Part shown: positions 25,481 to 38,819 of the stretch, one piece after another
How positions within the stretch are numbered: position 1 is the stretch's first letter
Layout: the number at the start of each line of letters is the position of its first letter
DNA from: Oopsacas minuta
Taxonomy: Eukaryota > Animalia > Porifera
Assembly (NCBI GenBank): GCA_024704765.1
Contig: JAKMXF010000332.1
Location: 354,018 to 418,017 of the forward strand
Direction of reading: 5' to 3'
Length of the DNA: 64,000 bases
Program-made: the position numbers and the translations under genes
Notes under the pieces: model-generated
The model's input: the letters and a program-made list of their open reading frames with translations, nothing else
What the model was told of the DNA's origin: nothing
Databases searched by the model: none

Positions 25481-28400
25481 CAAAAAGCATCTTTACATCA
25501 TTTCGTACATTTACTTTGAAATCAAAGATGCGATATTTGACGTTCTACAGCTCATCAAAGATTGGCCATATTCTCCAAATAATGTTTACCAAAGTATGGA
25601 TCGACTATGGGTAATAATATCTCAAAATTTTAACTATTCTGTGAATTCGAGGCAAGTAGTGCTGAATTTAACCCGTCGCGTTGCTACCAAAAGTACTATG
25701 AAATTTATCTATTTGCTACTTCATCTAACCTGAGGTACTAAGTTGTCGCCCTGCGACCTAGCAAGTGAATCGCGCTACTAAAGATTAATTGTGTTTTACT
25801 TTTTACTAAAGAGTACATATAGAAGGAATAATCCTAAATTATATATATATACAATTACACAAAGTCTAAATGGAAGATCTACGAAGAAATATACAAGAAC
25901 AGAACTTTGTGTTATTATATTACTAGGCTAGTTGTACAGCGGAGTATTCGGAAGTGAAAATATTCTGAAATTACAAATTGAGCAAGGTATCCATGAATAA
26001 AAAGTTATGAATGAAAATAGCCTACTTTGAATGCGGCTCTATCTTACAACAGTATTACTTTAGGCGCTTTGAGATAAGAGGCACTAGAGATAAGTCTTTG
26101 TGATTTATGCACACCTCAGACCTATCTATAAATCAACCACAGTATATTGTTTCTGAATTGTGAGGAAAATCAAATAATTAGCAAATTTTTTGTGGAAAAC
26201 AACTATCCTGAGGTTCCTCAAGGAACTAAAAGAGAAACTGTCCACATAGTTAATTTGAGAACCAAGGGGAATTTAAAGATGATTATACCGATAATAATTC
26301 TGAAATACCGTAGAAATCGGGTTGGTTTTGAGACTTTTGACAGAAATTATACGGGCAAGAGGCAACAAACCATGAATAAAGTATTAAAGCATCATATGTT
26401 TTGGAAGGTGAAACAGCCTTCATTTTTATCAAATTTTGTACATGTAAAATTTAATAGTAGTAAATAATAGCAATTTTATTTCGCTAGCTATTTATTCAGC
26501 TCATCATTACAACATAACATTAGTACTAAATATAACTGATTGCTGCTATTCTTTGGTTTGAAGAAATTTTCCAGATTTCTGAGGAACAAAATGTCATCCA
26601 GTGTTACGACTTTAATGGATTACCCCAGTGTATTTTAAAAGACATTTAGCCTAAGAGCTTAAATAATACCTTTTTCCTTTTCTTTACTTTCTCCTAGATT
26701 TTGCGCTTGAATCTCTATTATCCACTATTAATGTAGACCTAAAGACACGTAATTTGGCTGTAAATACCATCGGTGAATATTTAACCAATCTTCAATGTGC
26801 TGACTGATTCAACCGTCGAATCTAAATTATAACATTACATTGACATCTATGCAAAATATGTGAAATGATAATTATTTCATACATTAAAAGGTAAATTGCG
26901 CGTAACTTGAGCGTACATTGGCGTAACCTCCGCGCAATACTAATCTACAACATAGCTAAAATAAATTCTATCTATCGACAACATCAAAATTCGACCTAAT
27001 GTTTATATTCTTTATTCGTCCCTAAGTTGAAATCTGTGAGACTTGACAACTATAAACTGTGATAAACTGACCATGAGTACAGCTCAATTAAGAGATTAAA
27101 CAGATTGACTAGTATCTAATCGAATACATATTTCTATGAGTTTAACTTTTCGATAACTGTGTACCGTACTGTTTGGATTAACGAGTGTAATACACAGGTA
27201 TATCTATACTTTATATGCGCAGTTCCAGCCAGATAAGAACTATATCATTAGCTATATCGCAGGAATGGAGCATACGTGCATATGTCGTTCATAGAATACT
27301 CTTCGAGCCTTATTCAAATAGCATATACGCTAATAAATTAACAGCCCTTAGCCATAGATTTTCTGATCGCATAATTGTGCAACTTTCGTAGCCTATCCAT
27401 TGAAAACTCCTGGGGTCCATATTTGAATGAGTAGCCCAAGGATTTCTTTATTATTTTCTTCCGGAGGTGTTGGAGTAGGATGTGAGTGGATATTTTCAGT
27501 TGAGGAAAGGATGTCAATAGAAGCATTGGATATCTCTGTGATGGTCGTGGACGAGTTCTTTAAATGGCTCCTTCCCTATTACTCTAATTTTGCCCTGCAA
27601 TGTAAATCCTACGCTAACTTGTTCGCCAGTTACTTGAGTGAAATTTTCTATCATTGAAAAAGAGATTCTGGCATTTCCCTGCGTGATTCTTGGGATAGTT
27701 GTGTGTGTGATTGCCTTTCTTATAAGTATTAATGACATTCTCTATTTATAAAAATCCCAGATACTATGACATGCCAAAAGGAATTCGATCGGAATATCTT
27801 GGGATGTTATAGTTCGTGAGAAACAATTATAATCATAATGTTGAGTGATACTGCCAATCACGAACTGTAAAAGCCATAATTGTAGTGTTATGAACTGTAA
27901 TATCACAAATTATAATGTCTTGGAGTATATATTATTGATCTTTTGCCATAAAGTGGCACAAAATCACAATTGTTTACAATCAAGTATTGCGCGCTGGTTA
28001 CGCGCAATGTATATTTTTACCTCCATTATTTATATATTAAGTCATCTTGACATTGAAAATGTTAAAATTGGAATCTACATGTTTGATTACCTCCGACTGT
28101 ACATCTAGGCATAGTAGTTACACTGAAATTTCTCTTAAATCCAGGAGCACCAAATGGTTTGCGGTGTGGTCTAGTGCGGTATCTACGTGAAAAGAACACA
28201 AAAAATAACCCTGAGCTGTACTACCAATCTGTCCGCTGAAGATTTTTATCTCGCTTATTTATGCTGCAAATTGTGCATGAAATTGAGTCTCGCCCTATGA
28301 GTTCATTGTATTTTTGGAATTCATTTTCACCTTGCTGTGGACCCATTTGATTTATTGAATTATTATAACTAAAATTACTTTTTGCCAACTGTTTTATTCT

Positions 28401-28520
28401 TAGCCTGAAAATGCCACTTAGAAGAGGATCTGAATATTGAGATCAAAGTGTCACACTAATCATAAATATGTTTAGCAATTCAATGAATCTGATATAGATA
28501 TTCATATTTTATTTTTAACA

Positions 28521-29897
28521 ATGAAAAGTATATATGCAAGAAAGGGTATTTGCTGGGAAATTGATGGGTTTCAGTTTCATGATGGACTTTTGACGATATC
28601 CGTTGAATCAAAATCAATTTATGACTCTTCAATGTTATTTATATGGATTGAGCAAACGGATGGAGAAATTCCTACAAAAAAATATTTTGAAATCGACTTG
28701 CGCCTCATCAAATTTTTTCGGATATTTACAGATACACTTATTGATGGCTATAGCGGAAGTGTAAGTATTATTACTAATGAGAACGAGATTTATCTTTTTA
28801 AATTTATAGAAGGAATACATGAGTTTATTGATATTTTGCACAGATGGCCTTTGTGCCACATAGTCCCTTCCTCCTGCCAGGATCTTGATCAGAAAACCCA
28901 AATTTTTCGAGTTACTCGACCATTTCTTCAATCAACGTTGTGTAGTATACATGAAGGATCTTATTCCTTGCTTACAAAGTTGGAGTTCGAAAATTATCTT
29001 GATAAGAATGGACGAATTCTTAAATACAACATACTCAAGCGACATATATATTATTCTGGTATTTCGACTGAAATGATTTCGTACTTGTGGCCGCTACTTT
29101 TAAAAGTTTACCCAGAAAATGTAAACATAGATGATAAATATGTTTGGTTATCTCAACGTAAAATAGAATATGAAAGAATGTCGATTCTTGATCTCAAATA
29201 TGAAATGGGTGAAGATTCTTGGTTAAATCTAGACAAAGCAATCAAACAAGATGTATCTCGTACGGATAATTTAGCTTGTTTATCTGCTAATATTGACGAA
29301 AGGAAAACCATTATTATTAACATTTTGCTAAAATTTGTAGCATTTGATCGTAAGACAGGCTATCATCAAGGAATGTCAGACATCGTCTCACTACTTTATT
29401 ACTCAATTGGGATAGAAGAGATAACATTTTGGTGTTTTGTTGGGTTGATAAAATATACCCCTTATGGTAAAAAGAAACATATTCAATCAAGCATCGATGA
29501 ATGTGTTCATAAATTGAAGGAATTGGTTAAACTATTTCTACCTTCTTTTTATGCTTTGTTGAGTAAAATTGACATGGGTCTTGAATTCATCTTTGCACAT
29601 CGGTGGATTTTCGTCAATTGTCGGAGAGAATTTTCATTGCAAGACAGTCAAAGTATATTGACAGCAATACTTTCTTCTCATTATGAAACTGAATTTATTC
29701 TGTATATATGTCTTGCCATATGTGCATGTTACCAGGATGAAATTATATCGACTTGTCAAACGATTGATGATGTAATGCAGTTTTTTTTACGTCTTAGTAA
29801 TTCAATACCTTCAAAGTTGATATTAAGGCAAGCTAGGTGCTTCGGATATCTTGATAACAAACTATCAACTAAGAAAGTAAAGGCTATATTTCAGTAA
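28521..29897 (+). CDS. TBC1D16: TBC-domain Rab GTPase-activating protein, TBC1D16-like (TBC1D15/16/17 group), 458 aa
   Basis: R-finger 'IKQDVSRTD', Q-finger 'GYHQGMSD', 'FWCFVGL', 'FAHRWIF..CRREF'. The C-terminus 'LYICLAI...LILRQAR' parallels TBC1D16. Subfamily is not certain. Confidence 0.8.
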   Translation: MKSIYARKGICWEIDGFQFHDGLLTISVESKSIYDSSMLFIWIEQTDGEIPTKKYFEIDLRLIKFFRIFTDTLIDGYSGSVSIITNENEIYLFKFIEGIHEFIDILHRWPLCHIVPSSCQDLDQKTQIFRVTRPFLQSTLCSIHEGSYSLLTKLEFENYLDKNGRILKYNILKRHIYYSGISTEMISYLWPLLLKVYPENVNIDDKYVWLSQRKIEYERMSILDLKYEMGEDSWLNLDKAIKQDVSRTDNLACLSANIDERKTIIINILLKFVAFDRKTGYHQGMSDIVSLLYYSIGIEEITFWCFVGLIKYTPYGKKKHIQSSIDECVHKLKELVKLFLPSFYALLSKIDMGLEFIFAHRWIFVNCRREFSLQDSQSILTAILSSHYETEFILYICLAICACYQDEIISTCQTIDDVMQFFLRLSNSIPSKLILRQARCFGYLDNKLSTKKVKAIFQ

Positions 29898-31689
29898 GAT
29901 ATCAATTGAGTTGAATTTGGTGTTATTAACCTTATTGAATAGGAATTTTTGAGTTTGGTTATATTTTGGATTAACCATAGCCTACTACATATAATGGCAT
30001 TTACTACTTTGACCACCGATATTAACTTTTCTATTTACTTTTACAATGTATTCAGTACCTGTAGAATATTTTTGTAATATCCAAACAAATATACTTTAAT
30101 CTAACCATAGCCTACTATACATAAGGCCTAACAACTAATTATGGATTTTGGATTAGGGATGCTCGTGTTGACCGGACTGAATTTTCATTTATATGGTATA
30201 AATCATTATTGGAGAATATAATAGCGTATTCTGAGGTACATATTTGTGTTTTAGCGATTTTACGAATACATTGGCTTGTTTTAACTTTTACATTCACGTT
30301 GTTATTAACCCAAACTGGTGAATATTTTCCCTACCATTATAATTATTTTGAATTTTTGTGAACTTGAAATCTTGTGCATGAGTTTTCGAGCTTCGTACAC
30401 TTATTTTGTACATAGCTACATATAATTTAATTCACTGTTCTGCACCCAGTCGATGACAATGAGGAACAATAGCCGGTATTTACTATGCCACACAACCAGA
30501 TGCAGTACCTTCTTAAGCTATTCGATACTTACGAGGGGCTTCTCAATAAGTCACTTCCATTTGGTCACCGGCGTAAACTTCATCAGAACACACAGGGTGC
30601 CACAACACTTTGTTGATTCCCTAGTTATATATTTTTCTGAATAAATATTTCATTTTGTGAGATCATGATGCTGCATTATTAGTTTGTAATATCTGATAAT
30701 TTTGTTTCACTCTAGTTCTGATTTAGTGATCATTTGTTTCCCTCGCCACCTGCTAAATTGAATTTGTGGGGTTAGTTAGGTTTGAAAATGCCAGGATGCC
30801 AGACACCTATGGCACCATGGCATCACAGCCGCCAGGATGCAAGGCACCCGCCACACACCCCAAGTTTACGCCCCTGTAGTGGGTACTCTAAATGTAAATT
30901 CAATATCACCCTTACTTATATGCTTTAAACACAAGTAAACAGTATTTAGATCAGCAACATCTTACCGATGGAGTGCCAAAAGGAAAGAGTTTCTTATTAC
31001 CCGGACTTATCATATGCATAATCCATACGATGGATATATTTGTTCTATTATATCTAACAATCTTCATAATCAATCGAAAATGTATCCTGAAGTCTCCATT
31101 TCCAGGTCACACGATTCAAAATGGGATGTGCAATTTAATATAAATATTCAATGAAAACACTAGGATTTTTCGGTATTGCAGACCCGATATAATGAGCCTC
31201 ACGACGAGATCTTGAGAAATGAGAGCCCTGCAACAATCAGCGGGAGGTCAAGCATCTAACAAACTCTATAACAACAGGTCTATACTAATCCACGTATAAT
31301 ATCTCAATAGAAATATATTCCAAATTTCGGACATAAGTAGGAATATTCCTACTTTTCTACTGAGCGGAAAATAATATTGTCTACTTTATTGTATGGTCAG
31401 TCGGGGTGGGAGGTTTAATTGGTCCCACCTCGCCCATTATTGTTACTATTCGTCGGTACGCCATTGCTAATTGGTTTTTTTGCTACATGGTATTTTCGCG
31501 TATTCGTGTGTCAAAAATTCCCGTTTGAAGTGCAATTTTGGTCAAAGAGGTTAATTTTGTTTATTGTTTAGTTATTTATGGATATCTAGAGATGGATGTG
31601 AATGAGTATATTTAGGTGAACAAAAGGGGCCATGATATATACATACATAACATTACATTTGCTTCGCTACATTTGGCAAAATGATCAAT

Positions 31690-32180
31690 TATCCCGAAGG
31701 TTCTTGAAAAGAGGATACCTTTAACTATATTACTGTAATTTTCATCCAAAATGGACTAATTATTTAGAAGACATGGCCATACAAATTGGTTTTGCCGTCC
31801 AACTACCAATTTTTCAGATATGCTTCAAAATTTCAGAGTACCTTCGCCTCGATGTTATATGTAAGTGGTATAAAAGAAATATTGATTGGAATAGGAATTT
31901 ACACTTTGTGGATTCTAGACTTATGCTTGTTCATGGATATGGCAGTCATGTCAGCCCCTTCATACCCCCAACAACAATTTGAGGCACAATATTCTTTCCT
32001 CATAATGACCAAAGTTGATAGAATCATATGTAGAATAATAACCTTGTAAATATGTTTTATTGCAATTAATAGAACACCATTGCCTAACATGAGATGGCTA
32101 TTCAGCAATTACAAAGTGGATCGATATCACTATCACAGCTGATGTACTACACCAATGCTTTCAAGGTACAGTCCAAGAGT
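31690..32180 (+). pseudogene. Decayed pogo/Tigger-type DDE transposase fragment
   Basis: 'RLMLVHGYGSHVSP' resembles the DDE_1 'LLxLDGHxSH' motif; many stops. Confidence 0.35.
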
Positions 32181-32410
32181 TAGGGCTTGATTGAGTGAGC
32201 GACTATTATTTTTCTTGAGGGAATTCCATCTCAAGATATGTGTAAGGACTATAATTAAGCTAGAACACTATATTTTGATCAAAAATTCTCGTTAAAAAAT
32301 ACTCTTTTACGATCGCACTGCCAACTTCATAGCATCAATATTCTGGTAATCTCAAATCCTCCAAACTATATTAGCTAAACGCAATTAATCTGTATGCATA
32401 CATATATATA

Positions 32411-32850
32411 TCTACTAGTAAAAGGCAATTAATTTGTATATATATATATGTGTATGTGTGTATATATATGTTTGTAAGTCCAGAATTGATTGAAGAAACA
32501 TGAAGACCACTGGGCTAAGTTTTGGCATACAGAGGTATCTCGGGCCTGGCTCGGACAATTTCGTGTTTTGGATGAAGGAAGGTTGACACCTATGGCAAAA
32601 TTTTAACATCATTGTGAACCCTTCCTTTTCGAAAAAATCAGCATTTTTGCCTGACCACTTTTATTTTGCTTTCGCAGGTTTGGTAGGTGTACTTTGTGAG
32701 TGATTTGAGATCAAAATTGGGGATGCTAGCTAAAATCCGATCTACCAGGTGTTCGTAAGATAGAGTAATATCGATAAATACCACAACATTACGAGAGGGG
32801 TGAAACGTGAAAAAGGTGGAGATCCAGGGTAAACTTTGCCTAAACAAAGT
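32411..32850 (+). mobile_element. Possible non-autonomous Helitron-like element (5' part)
   Basis: A|TCTACTAGTAAAAGGCAATT start followed by a (TA/TG) microsatellite, a layout typical of short Helitron/Helentron derivatives. No clear 3' hairpin-CTAG found. Confidence 0.35.
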
Positions 32851-33938
32851 GGGTTATGTATGTGATTATTCTTTTCAGGGAGACACATGCGCTCCTGGCT
32901 GGATCTGAGAATATTTTAGGATCGAAAATATTTTTATCCAATGCATAACTGTAATTACTTGCAAAAGCGTCTGAAATGATTATAGATCAGTGGAACATGG
33001 TCATGTATTATCATTTATTGATAATGTTAACAATTCCAATTCTCTATCCTTCAAATACCATGATCTAAGGTGATGTATTTCCCTCAAACCCATTAGTATA
33101 TGTTCAGATTAGAGAGGATAATATAATGTTTAACAAAAATAAAGACAATAACAACGATAAATAATGGCAAGAAAATAATTGAACATAAGGGGAAGTAACT
33201 AGTGAAGAATGAGGGAGGGACGAGTGAAGAGACGATGAAGAGGTGAGGAAGGTACGAGGAAGGGAGGGGAGGGGACGAAGAAAGTATCAAAAGATTGCAG
33301 CAGAAAGGAGCCCTCAAGACAGTTTAGCTTTACATTTAGTAGAGAAATTTGTGGATAAGGCTTTTGAATTGCACAAGGGCCGAGATCCATTGACCCTGAC
33401 TGTGGACTAAGGCAATGAGGCCACTGTTTATGACCTTCTGTTCTGAGATAATTACCTCCAAGGAAGGCCGAGTGTTGGGGAAGCTCAGGAATAGGTGCAA
33501 CGTGAGTGGCCATTATGATAGTGAATTGACTGTGAACATACAACTTATTAGAACTGTTGTATTATCAGTTGATAACACATGATAGAACGTGCGACGAAAC
33601 ATGAATTGATATTTTTAATAGAAAGTGATGCGAAATTATCAATTACGAGAACAATAGATTAGAACATGAAGGGTCAAAACAAAATGAAAGTTAAGAAGTA
33701 CAAATATTTCAAAATATTGAAATAGATGTTAGTGATCATATTACAAAAATATGGAAACTATTGCATTTGCAAAGAATACATCGATTCGATTTCCAAAAGT
33801 TTGGGGAACGTCAGAATGAGTGAAAAGAACTTGTCACCAGTAAAAAAGATATTGGTTTATTGAGTGTCGGCCAATGTGAAGATTACTAATATAGGTCTCT
33901 AATTTCAATAATATTTGTTTGGGAATGTCAGGAATAAT

Positions 33939-34360
33939 TAGGGATCGACCGGGGCAGAGGCTTCGGTTCCGGTCCCGGCCGAATATCGGTACTTTTTTCC
34001 CGGCCCCAGCAGTGGCCAAAAAGTGGAGAACCCTGCCCTTGGCCACCGGGGTGTTTAATGAAATTTATGTTAAGTTATTTAAAAAGCAAATCATCATAGA
34101 TTTGGAACGAAGAAATTTAAATGGAAGATACTAAATCAAAATATATACGTATTTCTACAATCTATTTATATCTTGCTTATATCAAATCTTCACTATCATC
34201 ATCAATTTCTTAGATGTGTAGATTAGGAAGAACAACGTCAGGAGGTGGTTGAAGTAATTTGGATCAGCCAAATTCAACAGCGCTTAGGTTGTACTTGAGG
34301 AACTAGGGATCGACCGAGGCCCCTGTTTCGACCGAAAATTGTGCCACCAGTCGATCCCAA
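33939..34360. mobile_element. hAT MITE (422 bp) with an internal extra copy of its left end at 34304
   Basis: TIR TAGGGATCGAC / GTCGATCCCAA. Identical 8-bp TSD GGAATAAT at 33931-33938 and 34361-34368. Confidence 0.85.
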
Positions 34361-34369
34361 GGAATAATG

Positions 34370-35850
34370 ATAGAAATATTGATATACCAACAACTCACGT
34401 ATCTGGAACTCTTGTCACAGGTGAAAGATGCGGCAGAGACGATCTCGTATATTAGGTCAGCACAGTAACAATGAATCCAATCATTTTAGATGTTACAGCG
34501 TTCCCATTGCGATTGATTCTACTTTCCAATTCTCTTCTTTGCTATAGGTGCTGGTTCTCTTTGGGGGCATATGCTGCACGGGGTTTCGGGTTCATCAGAA
34601 GACTACTATGTAGAGACAGGATGGACGTTAGGTTCCCTGACTCTCCTCTTTACACCACATCCTCTTCCTGCTGACCTCAAACGTCCTCAAGCCGTGCGCG
34701 GCTTCATTTTCTCGAGAACATTCAGCTCTACTCGTTGATTTAGCTGTTTTGCCGCATCAGACATAGCAGCCGTGGTAACCTCTTCCAAACGGTTTGGATA
34801 CTGATATGACATGCTTAGAAGTGGTGGTGGATATCAAATATTGTAGAGATTTTGTGTAAATGACGCCACTACAAGCAGTTGAGTTTACTGCCATTACAGA
34901 TCTGATGGTAATTTCATTCATATCCTTGGGTGTAAATGGCACATTGACACGGGTGGCTAGGTATCTAGATTACGTGAGGAATGGAAGTTAGTATGTTCTT
35001 TATGACATCTATCTCATTTGACTCTGGAGAAAGTCTGCCTGCCATGGATCCATTTTTCTTCATAGGGCAAGACTTTCAATACATTCAATGCAACGAAATG
35101 TAGAGAATACTTCTGATAGGATGCATATATCAAGGATTCTTATGCCAGTTGGTTTGTATGCATTTATCAAAAAATTTCCTTGAGCTGTACGTAGTAATAC
35201 AGGCTTAGAAATGTTTTTGGTGGTATCCAGAATTTAGCAATGTACATGCGATTCCTTGCTTTAGGTCGCTTCGTGCTGGGTATTGATATCAAGTCTTCGA
35301 AAGCTGTAGAACTAGGTTTACATTCGGTAAATTGATTCCGGTAGAATGGTTTCTTTCTAGGTCGACCAGGACCAGGGACATCTGGAAATATGAAGTCAGG
35401 TTCTTAAATCTCACTAAGGGGGGAAAGCTAAGAGAGGATAATGCTCTGAAATCCCTTGGGAGGATGGACTAACTATAACTGGTGCCTGAGAATTGGTAGG
35501 TTCAAGTAGAAAGGAGCCTACATGTGTGGAGGTTTCCATGGGAGGCACAGGGTGAGGAGTCGGAGCCAGAGGGAAATCGCCGGGCTCTTGGAGGATTTGT
35601 TGTTCATAATTTGGACTAGAAGAATCACTTGTCGTAATCTGAGACAATGTAAAGTTTCTAATTGAGGATCAGATACACAACCTCTCGGAATTCAAATAAT
35701 CAAATCCCATACTTGCTGAATATCTCGCTATTAGCGCTAAGAATCCCCCTATTCGTTCCGATTTTCCAGTGATAGTTCCCTCCAAAACCTGGGAAAAGTC
35801 CGTATTGTGTAGGTTTGCGCTTTGGTTGGGAAGTATGCAGGCTCTCAACC
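34370..35850 (-). mobile_element. Decayed PF20700 'Mutator-like' (Kolobok-type) transposase element, catalytic core deleted; C-terminal PHD-like finger
   Basis: 'GRPRKKPFY.NQF', 'RILDICILSEVFSTFRC..C', 'AAMSDAAKQL', 'LCSICHQ...HCYCAD...FTCDK'. Homologous to 55936-57760. Confidence 0.55.
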
Positions 35851-37327
35851 TGGAAACCTATCGAATTCTGGGTTTCGTAAAGAATATCACAATTCTATTG
35901 TGAGATGTGCTATTTAGTAGTAATTTTCTATAGAGAGCCAAGGATTCTGTAGTATCTGTATACAGGGGGTTCGGGATTTGGCACACCAAATTCTGGAACC
36001 GCCAGGCCGGCGCAGGATTCTCAAACCTGAGGCAAATAAATGCCCAGTTTGCACCCCCCATCCCACCCGTAGGACCCTTGATGACTCAAAATCTTTAGAG
36101 TTGAGAGTCCAGAGTATGCGTAATGCTACCCATGGGTCAGCATATGGCAATAAACTCGTAGTATAAACGGAGCAATAATCTGGGATATACTAGATGTCCC
36201 AGAGTATCAACTACAGTTGTTCACTCACTAGGACAGCCAGGGACTGCCGGTAACGTAATGTATAAATGTATTGCCTGTTCACAGGTAATACAATTATTCA
36301 TTACATGTGCAGCAGTCCCCTGAACCTCCAAATTTTATTTTAACACATTCTGTAGACCTCCTACCCTACTAGATCCCGTGGACCCTGTTGTTGTCCGTGG
36401 CGAACCAATGGGGACTACGGGTTGGAAATTGCTATGCTCTTAGTTACTTAACAATTCTTTAAATATTTATGTTATTAAATCAACCGTAACTTTAGAAAAT
36501 ATATTTAACCTTATTTGTAGCATGGATAAGAACTTTGATTCAGAAATATTATCCAAGCTTTGAGTCAAATCTTTTTGATAATAAACCTCTATGACTGAAA
36601 GTATTTTTGAAAAGGGGGTACAATTTAGCGTCGTCGAACAATTATATACTAAGAAACAATATTGACAACATCATAGGACCTCTAATTAATATACCCTAGT
36701 ACAGAAGATAACTGAAATAGTGAAAATCTGTGAAAACCATGATTATAGCACTGCTTATAAGTCATATTCGTAGTATACTTTCTAAAATTCAAAAATATGC
36801 AAGACGAGTTAAACTTAATGGTGTCTACAATTACAACGCACTTTTACTGTTGGGGAACAATAGGGAATTAGTGGGCTAGGCAGAAACCTTTGTGAGGAAA
36901 TTTGCCAAAGATATCAAAATATGGATAATATTAAATACTTGAACTATTTATGATAAATCAAATTTATGTAAAAAATAGCCATATAGGATCTAACTAACGT
37001 GATGTAGTATAAACTATCTAGTAGCATCAAGAAAATGATTCATACTCAGTGGCGTATCAAGCACCATTGGTACCGGGCGGGAATCTGAAATTGGTACGCC
37101 CTTTTTTCTGTATATATAAGTGAGATTTTTATACAATAGAACTAGAATACAAGAATGCATCACAAAATAATAAAGTATATTTAACAGTACATTTGTTCAA
37201 ATTATATTGGTGATATATTCGGAATATATTTAGCAGTTTAATCATGTGCACATTTTATAATGCATCTCGGTTTATATAATGTAGCATGATGAATAAATAT
37301 TATGCTAGATAAACTTATTATAGTTTA

Positions 37328-37520
37328 AGGTGAATAAATCTGTCATATAAGTATACATATACTTAATTAATGATTAGATTGTGAACATATTGGTTAGGAA
37401 AATTTCTTTTATACTTTGGCGGTCTGGAAAAATTTGGAGACATCAAAAATGAAAATATCTTGAGAAAGTGATTTTCTCAACAGTATAAATCTAGAAATTT
37501 TTGCTAACATGGAATAATAA
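37328..37520 (+). repeat. Dispersed repeat, direct copy of 41463-41670
   Basis: Near-collinear gtgaataaa(a)tct.tcatataagtatac...ctggaaaa(a)tttggagacat. Confidence 0.75.
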
Positions 37521-38314
37521 GTTTACGCCACGTTTAACAATTTCGCATGGTTGCATATTGATCAATTTTGTGCACCCATGGGCAATACAATTCAATTTAT
37601 GTGGCTTTGTAAGAGTGGAATATATTCACATTTCTTTATTATCCATGGTACGAAACAAATTTATACATGACCCACATGTATCATATTTCTGTATCAGAAT
37701 TTTGACGCTGTAGTATTTATGTCGCTATATATTATGGTTGCATGTATGTAATTAATTGTTGCTTTATTTTATGAATTGTTTGTGGGATACGGACACTTCG
37801 TTACATAGGTATTTCATATAAAGTTTCCGAGGATGCAAACGGGAATCACGAGAGAACTAATGCGACTTCTTACAAATTAAGTGTTAAATTCATTCACGAC
37901 TATTCTCTTGCCAGTGTTTTACTTCTCATTTTGGCTTCGAATTTGTTATGCAGTTGCCAATTCGGCCGATTTCGATTATCAGCAAGAGTGAGCAGATCCT
38001 GTTCATCATAAACTTAGTGACGAGCTTGAAGATGCAGCAGCGGTAACTGTTATCAGACTTCCAAAGCAGATAGTCTTAAGGAATGTTGTCAAGTAATCAT
38101 AAAAATTCTATTATCTCATACTGAAACTCCAGGACTAATACTAATAATAGCATAGTCACTCATGATTATTAGTATAAACAGTGGCACACCATGGGGGGCG
38201 GTTCGCCCCGAGTACCACTCAAAGAGGGGTGGCAACCTCGACTGAGAGAGATACATTATGGTATATATTTTAGAGATCCAAAAATGTAGTTACTGCGTTC
38301 CTATACATGCCCGT

Positions 38315-38415
38315 TAATAGTAGACACTGATTCGTCTTAGTTTCTGAGTTATATCCGATATGTTTACTTGGTGACGCCGAAATTGATTTTGATAGCTGAA
38401 TAAATACTTTAGAAA
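38315..38415 (+). repeat. Dispersed repeat, inverted copy of 41365-41462
   Basis: ttaatagta.acactgattcgt.ttagtttctgagttatatccgatatg.ttac.tggtgacgccgaaa is shared. Confidence 0.8.
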
Positions 38416-38819
38416 ATCCAGATAAACGATTAAGTAGGATCTATAACAGATATTCCTATCTTAACTAATGATGTGGTTAGTTGGAAAGTGTTTAATCGAA
38501 AAATTGCTGACGAAATTCGTTTTTCACTTGTTCTCCATCTCTTCTAAATTGGTAATTGCCGATTTGCTATAAGTATCCCAATTTTTACTAACTAAGGATA
38601 TGCCAATCAATTATAATTAGTTACAAATGTGCATGTGACTTCACCTTGATTACAAACATTATTTCTCCTTGTTTCTAATTTCATTTGATTCATTGATTTA
38701 CAAAATAATGCACATTTTCTCACATGATGATAAATACTTATATACAAGATGTAATCTCTATGTCTTAATTTAATGATTCACATAGGTACTGTTGTTCTAT
38801 TCTATGTCCCTTTAATATT

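Noticed and set aside
28150-28230. tRNA or tRNA-derived SINE (ggtgtggtctagtg A-box-like)
   Set aside because: No B-box (GTTCRA) and no cloverleaf stems can be formed.
33093-33317. Hydrophobic/Pro-rich 74-aa ORF
   Set aside because: An artefact of GA-rich low-complexity sequence.
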